Below, in pieces: positions 24,466-25,660 of a stretch of 25,660 nucleotides of DNA (its first letter is position 1; each line of letters opens with the position of its first letter). This DNA comes from Chloroflexota bacterium (GTDB taxonomy: Bacteria > Chloroflexota > Chloroflexia > Thermomicrobiales > UBA6265). Made by a program: the position numbers and the translations under genes. The DNA lies in NCBI GenBank assembly GCA_019348515.1, contig JAHWJF010000001.1:2692-28351 (forward strand), given 5' to 3'. The notes below the pieces were generated by a model that saw only the letters and a program-made list of their open reading frames with translations, did not search any database and was not told the DNA's origin.

Positions 24466-25416
24466 GTGATTGCATACATCATCCGCCGCCTGCTGCTCCT
24501 CATTCCGGTGCTCCTGATCGTCGGCATGGTCGTCTTTACTCTAATGCATCTCACCCCCGGCGACCCCGCTTCGGTCATGCTGGGACGGGAAGCAACGCAG
24601 GAGCAAAAGGACGCGCTGCGAGAGCGGCTCGGTCTTGATGAGCCGATACCGGTTCAGTTCATCAATTGGTTCGGGAGCGCGCTGCGGCTCGATTTCGGTG
24701 ATTCGCTCTTCATCGGGAAGCCGGTAACACAGGCATTGCTCGATCGAGCCGAGCCGACCGGCTTGCTCGCCCTCTACTCGCTGACGTTCGCGATCGTCAT
24801 CGCCATCCCGGCCGGGGTAATTGCCGCGGTGCGAGCCAACTCACTCCTCGATCGGCTGCTGATGGTGGTGTCGATCAGTGGCGTGGCGATTCCCAGTTTC
24901 TTTTTCGGCATCCTGTTGATCCTGCTCTTCGCCGTCGTCCTCGGATGGCTGCCATCCGGCGGATACGTCGACATCGGCGAAAATCCCATCCAGCATTTCA
25001 AGTACATGCTCTTGCCAACCCTTACCCTGGGCTTCTCCGCGGCCGGGCTGCTGGCACGCCTGGTGCGGTCGACCATGCTCGACGTACTCAATGAAGACTA
25101 CGTGCGCACCGCCTACTCTAAAGGTCTGGAAGAGCGGCACGTGGTGCTGGCGCACGCCTTTCGCAACGCGTTGATTCCCGTCCTGACGATCGTCGGCGTG
25201 ACGTTTGCCGGCATGCTCGGCGGCGCCGTGGTGATCGAGACGGTCTTCAACATCCCGGGGTTGGGTCGGCTGCTGGTGCAGAGCGTGACCCGCCGAGATA
25301 TCCCGGTAGTGCAGGGTGCCGTGATGACGGTGGCCGCGATCGAAGTCCTGGTGATGCTGCTCGTCGACCTGCTGTACGTTTATGTCGATCCGAGAATTCG
25401 CTATGGCGCTGACTGA
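24466..25416 (+). CDS. dppB: Peptide ABC transporter permease
   Basis: YIIRRLL, PGDPASVMLG, LGLDEP...QF..W, GDSL, EAA-type RSTMLDVLNEDYVRTAYSKGL, HAFRNALIP and IETVFNIPGLG. GTG start after GGAG. Confidence 0.9.
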   Translation: MIAYIIRRLLLLIPVLLIVGMVVFTLMHLTPGDPASVMLGREATQEQKDALRERLGLDEPIPVQFINWFGSALRLDFGDSLFIGKPVTQALLDRAEPTGLLALYSLTFAIVIAIPAGVIAAVRANSLLDRLLMVVSISGVAIPSFFFGILLILLFAVVLGWLPSGGYVDIGENPIQHFKYMLLPTLTLGFSAAGLLARLVRSTMLDVLNEDYVRTAYSKGLEERHVVLAHAFRNALIPVLTIVGVTFAGMLGGAVVIETVFNIPGLGRLLVQSVTRRDIPVVQGAVMTVAAIEVLVMLLVDLLYVYVDPRIRYGAD

Positions 25417-25660
25417 AGCCCTCGATGCAGCGCACCGCCCCTCGGCGAAGAAACAGAGCCCGTTCCGACTTTCGTCGATCACGCCGTCGTCCAAATACTA
25501 TTGGGTTCGCCTGCTGCTGGAAAATCCGGCCGTTGTCGCGAGCCTCTGCTTTCTGCTGCTGATGTTGGTGCTGGCCCTGCTGGCGCCGGTTATCGCGCCG
25601 TTCGACCCAAACTTCGTCAATCCGGCCGATCGCCTCGATCCCCCGTCGTCGAGATACTGG
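25403..25660 (+). CDS. dppC: Peptide ABC transporter permease, 3'-truncated by the window end
   Basis: My translation from ATG 25403 gives MALTEALD...LLLMLVLALLAPVIAPFDPNFVNPADRLDPPSSRYW, an OppC/DppC N-terminal pattern. It is not in the supplied ORF track because it has no stop. It overlaps the dppB end. Confidence 0.85.
   Translation, partial: MALTEALDAAHRPSAKKQSPFRLSSITPSSKYYWVRLLLENPAVVASLCFLLLMLVLALLAPVIAPFDPNFVNPADRLDPPSSRYW

Overview
A GC-rich bacterial chromosomal window devoted to nutrient uptake and catabolism. It is probably from a Thermomicrobiales-like chloroflexote; this is an inference from the Tat-type substrate-binding proteins and the 'AGTPVAGTPV' tail. Left to right it holds: a 5'-truncated DUF2231-type membrane + Rieske [2Fe-2S] protein; a partial myo-inositol cluster on the minus strand (iolG-iolB-iolD); an exported cupin-like/Pro-rich/Ca-binding-repeat protein; an isolated ispH; two complete, converging Liv/HAAT-type ABC operons; a Udh-like extended SDR; a thiol-dioxygenase-like cupin; two abutting FAH-family paralogs; and the start of a Dpp/Opp ABC operon. 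I found no tRNA, rRNA, CRISPR array, mobile element or transcription-factor gene. Three leads stand out. (1) Both Liv operons have long, hairpin-rich leaders sharing two sequence blocks, a candidate cis-regulatory RNA. (2) A putative uncharacterised catabolic module combines a 3-His thiol-dioxygenase homolog lacking the Ser-His-Tyr tyrosine with two non-canonical FAH paralogs and a transporter. (3) Two intergenic elements are built from inverted 7- or 8-mer tandem repeats. All functional calls come from motif recognition by eye; no searches or folding computations were run.
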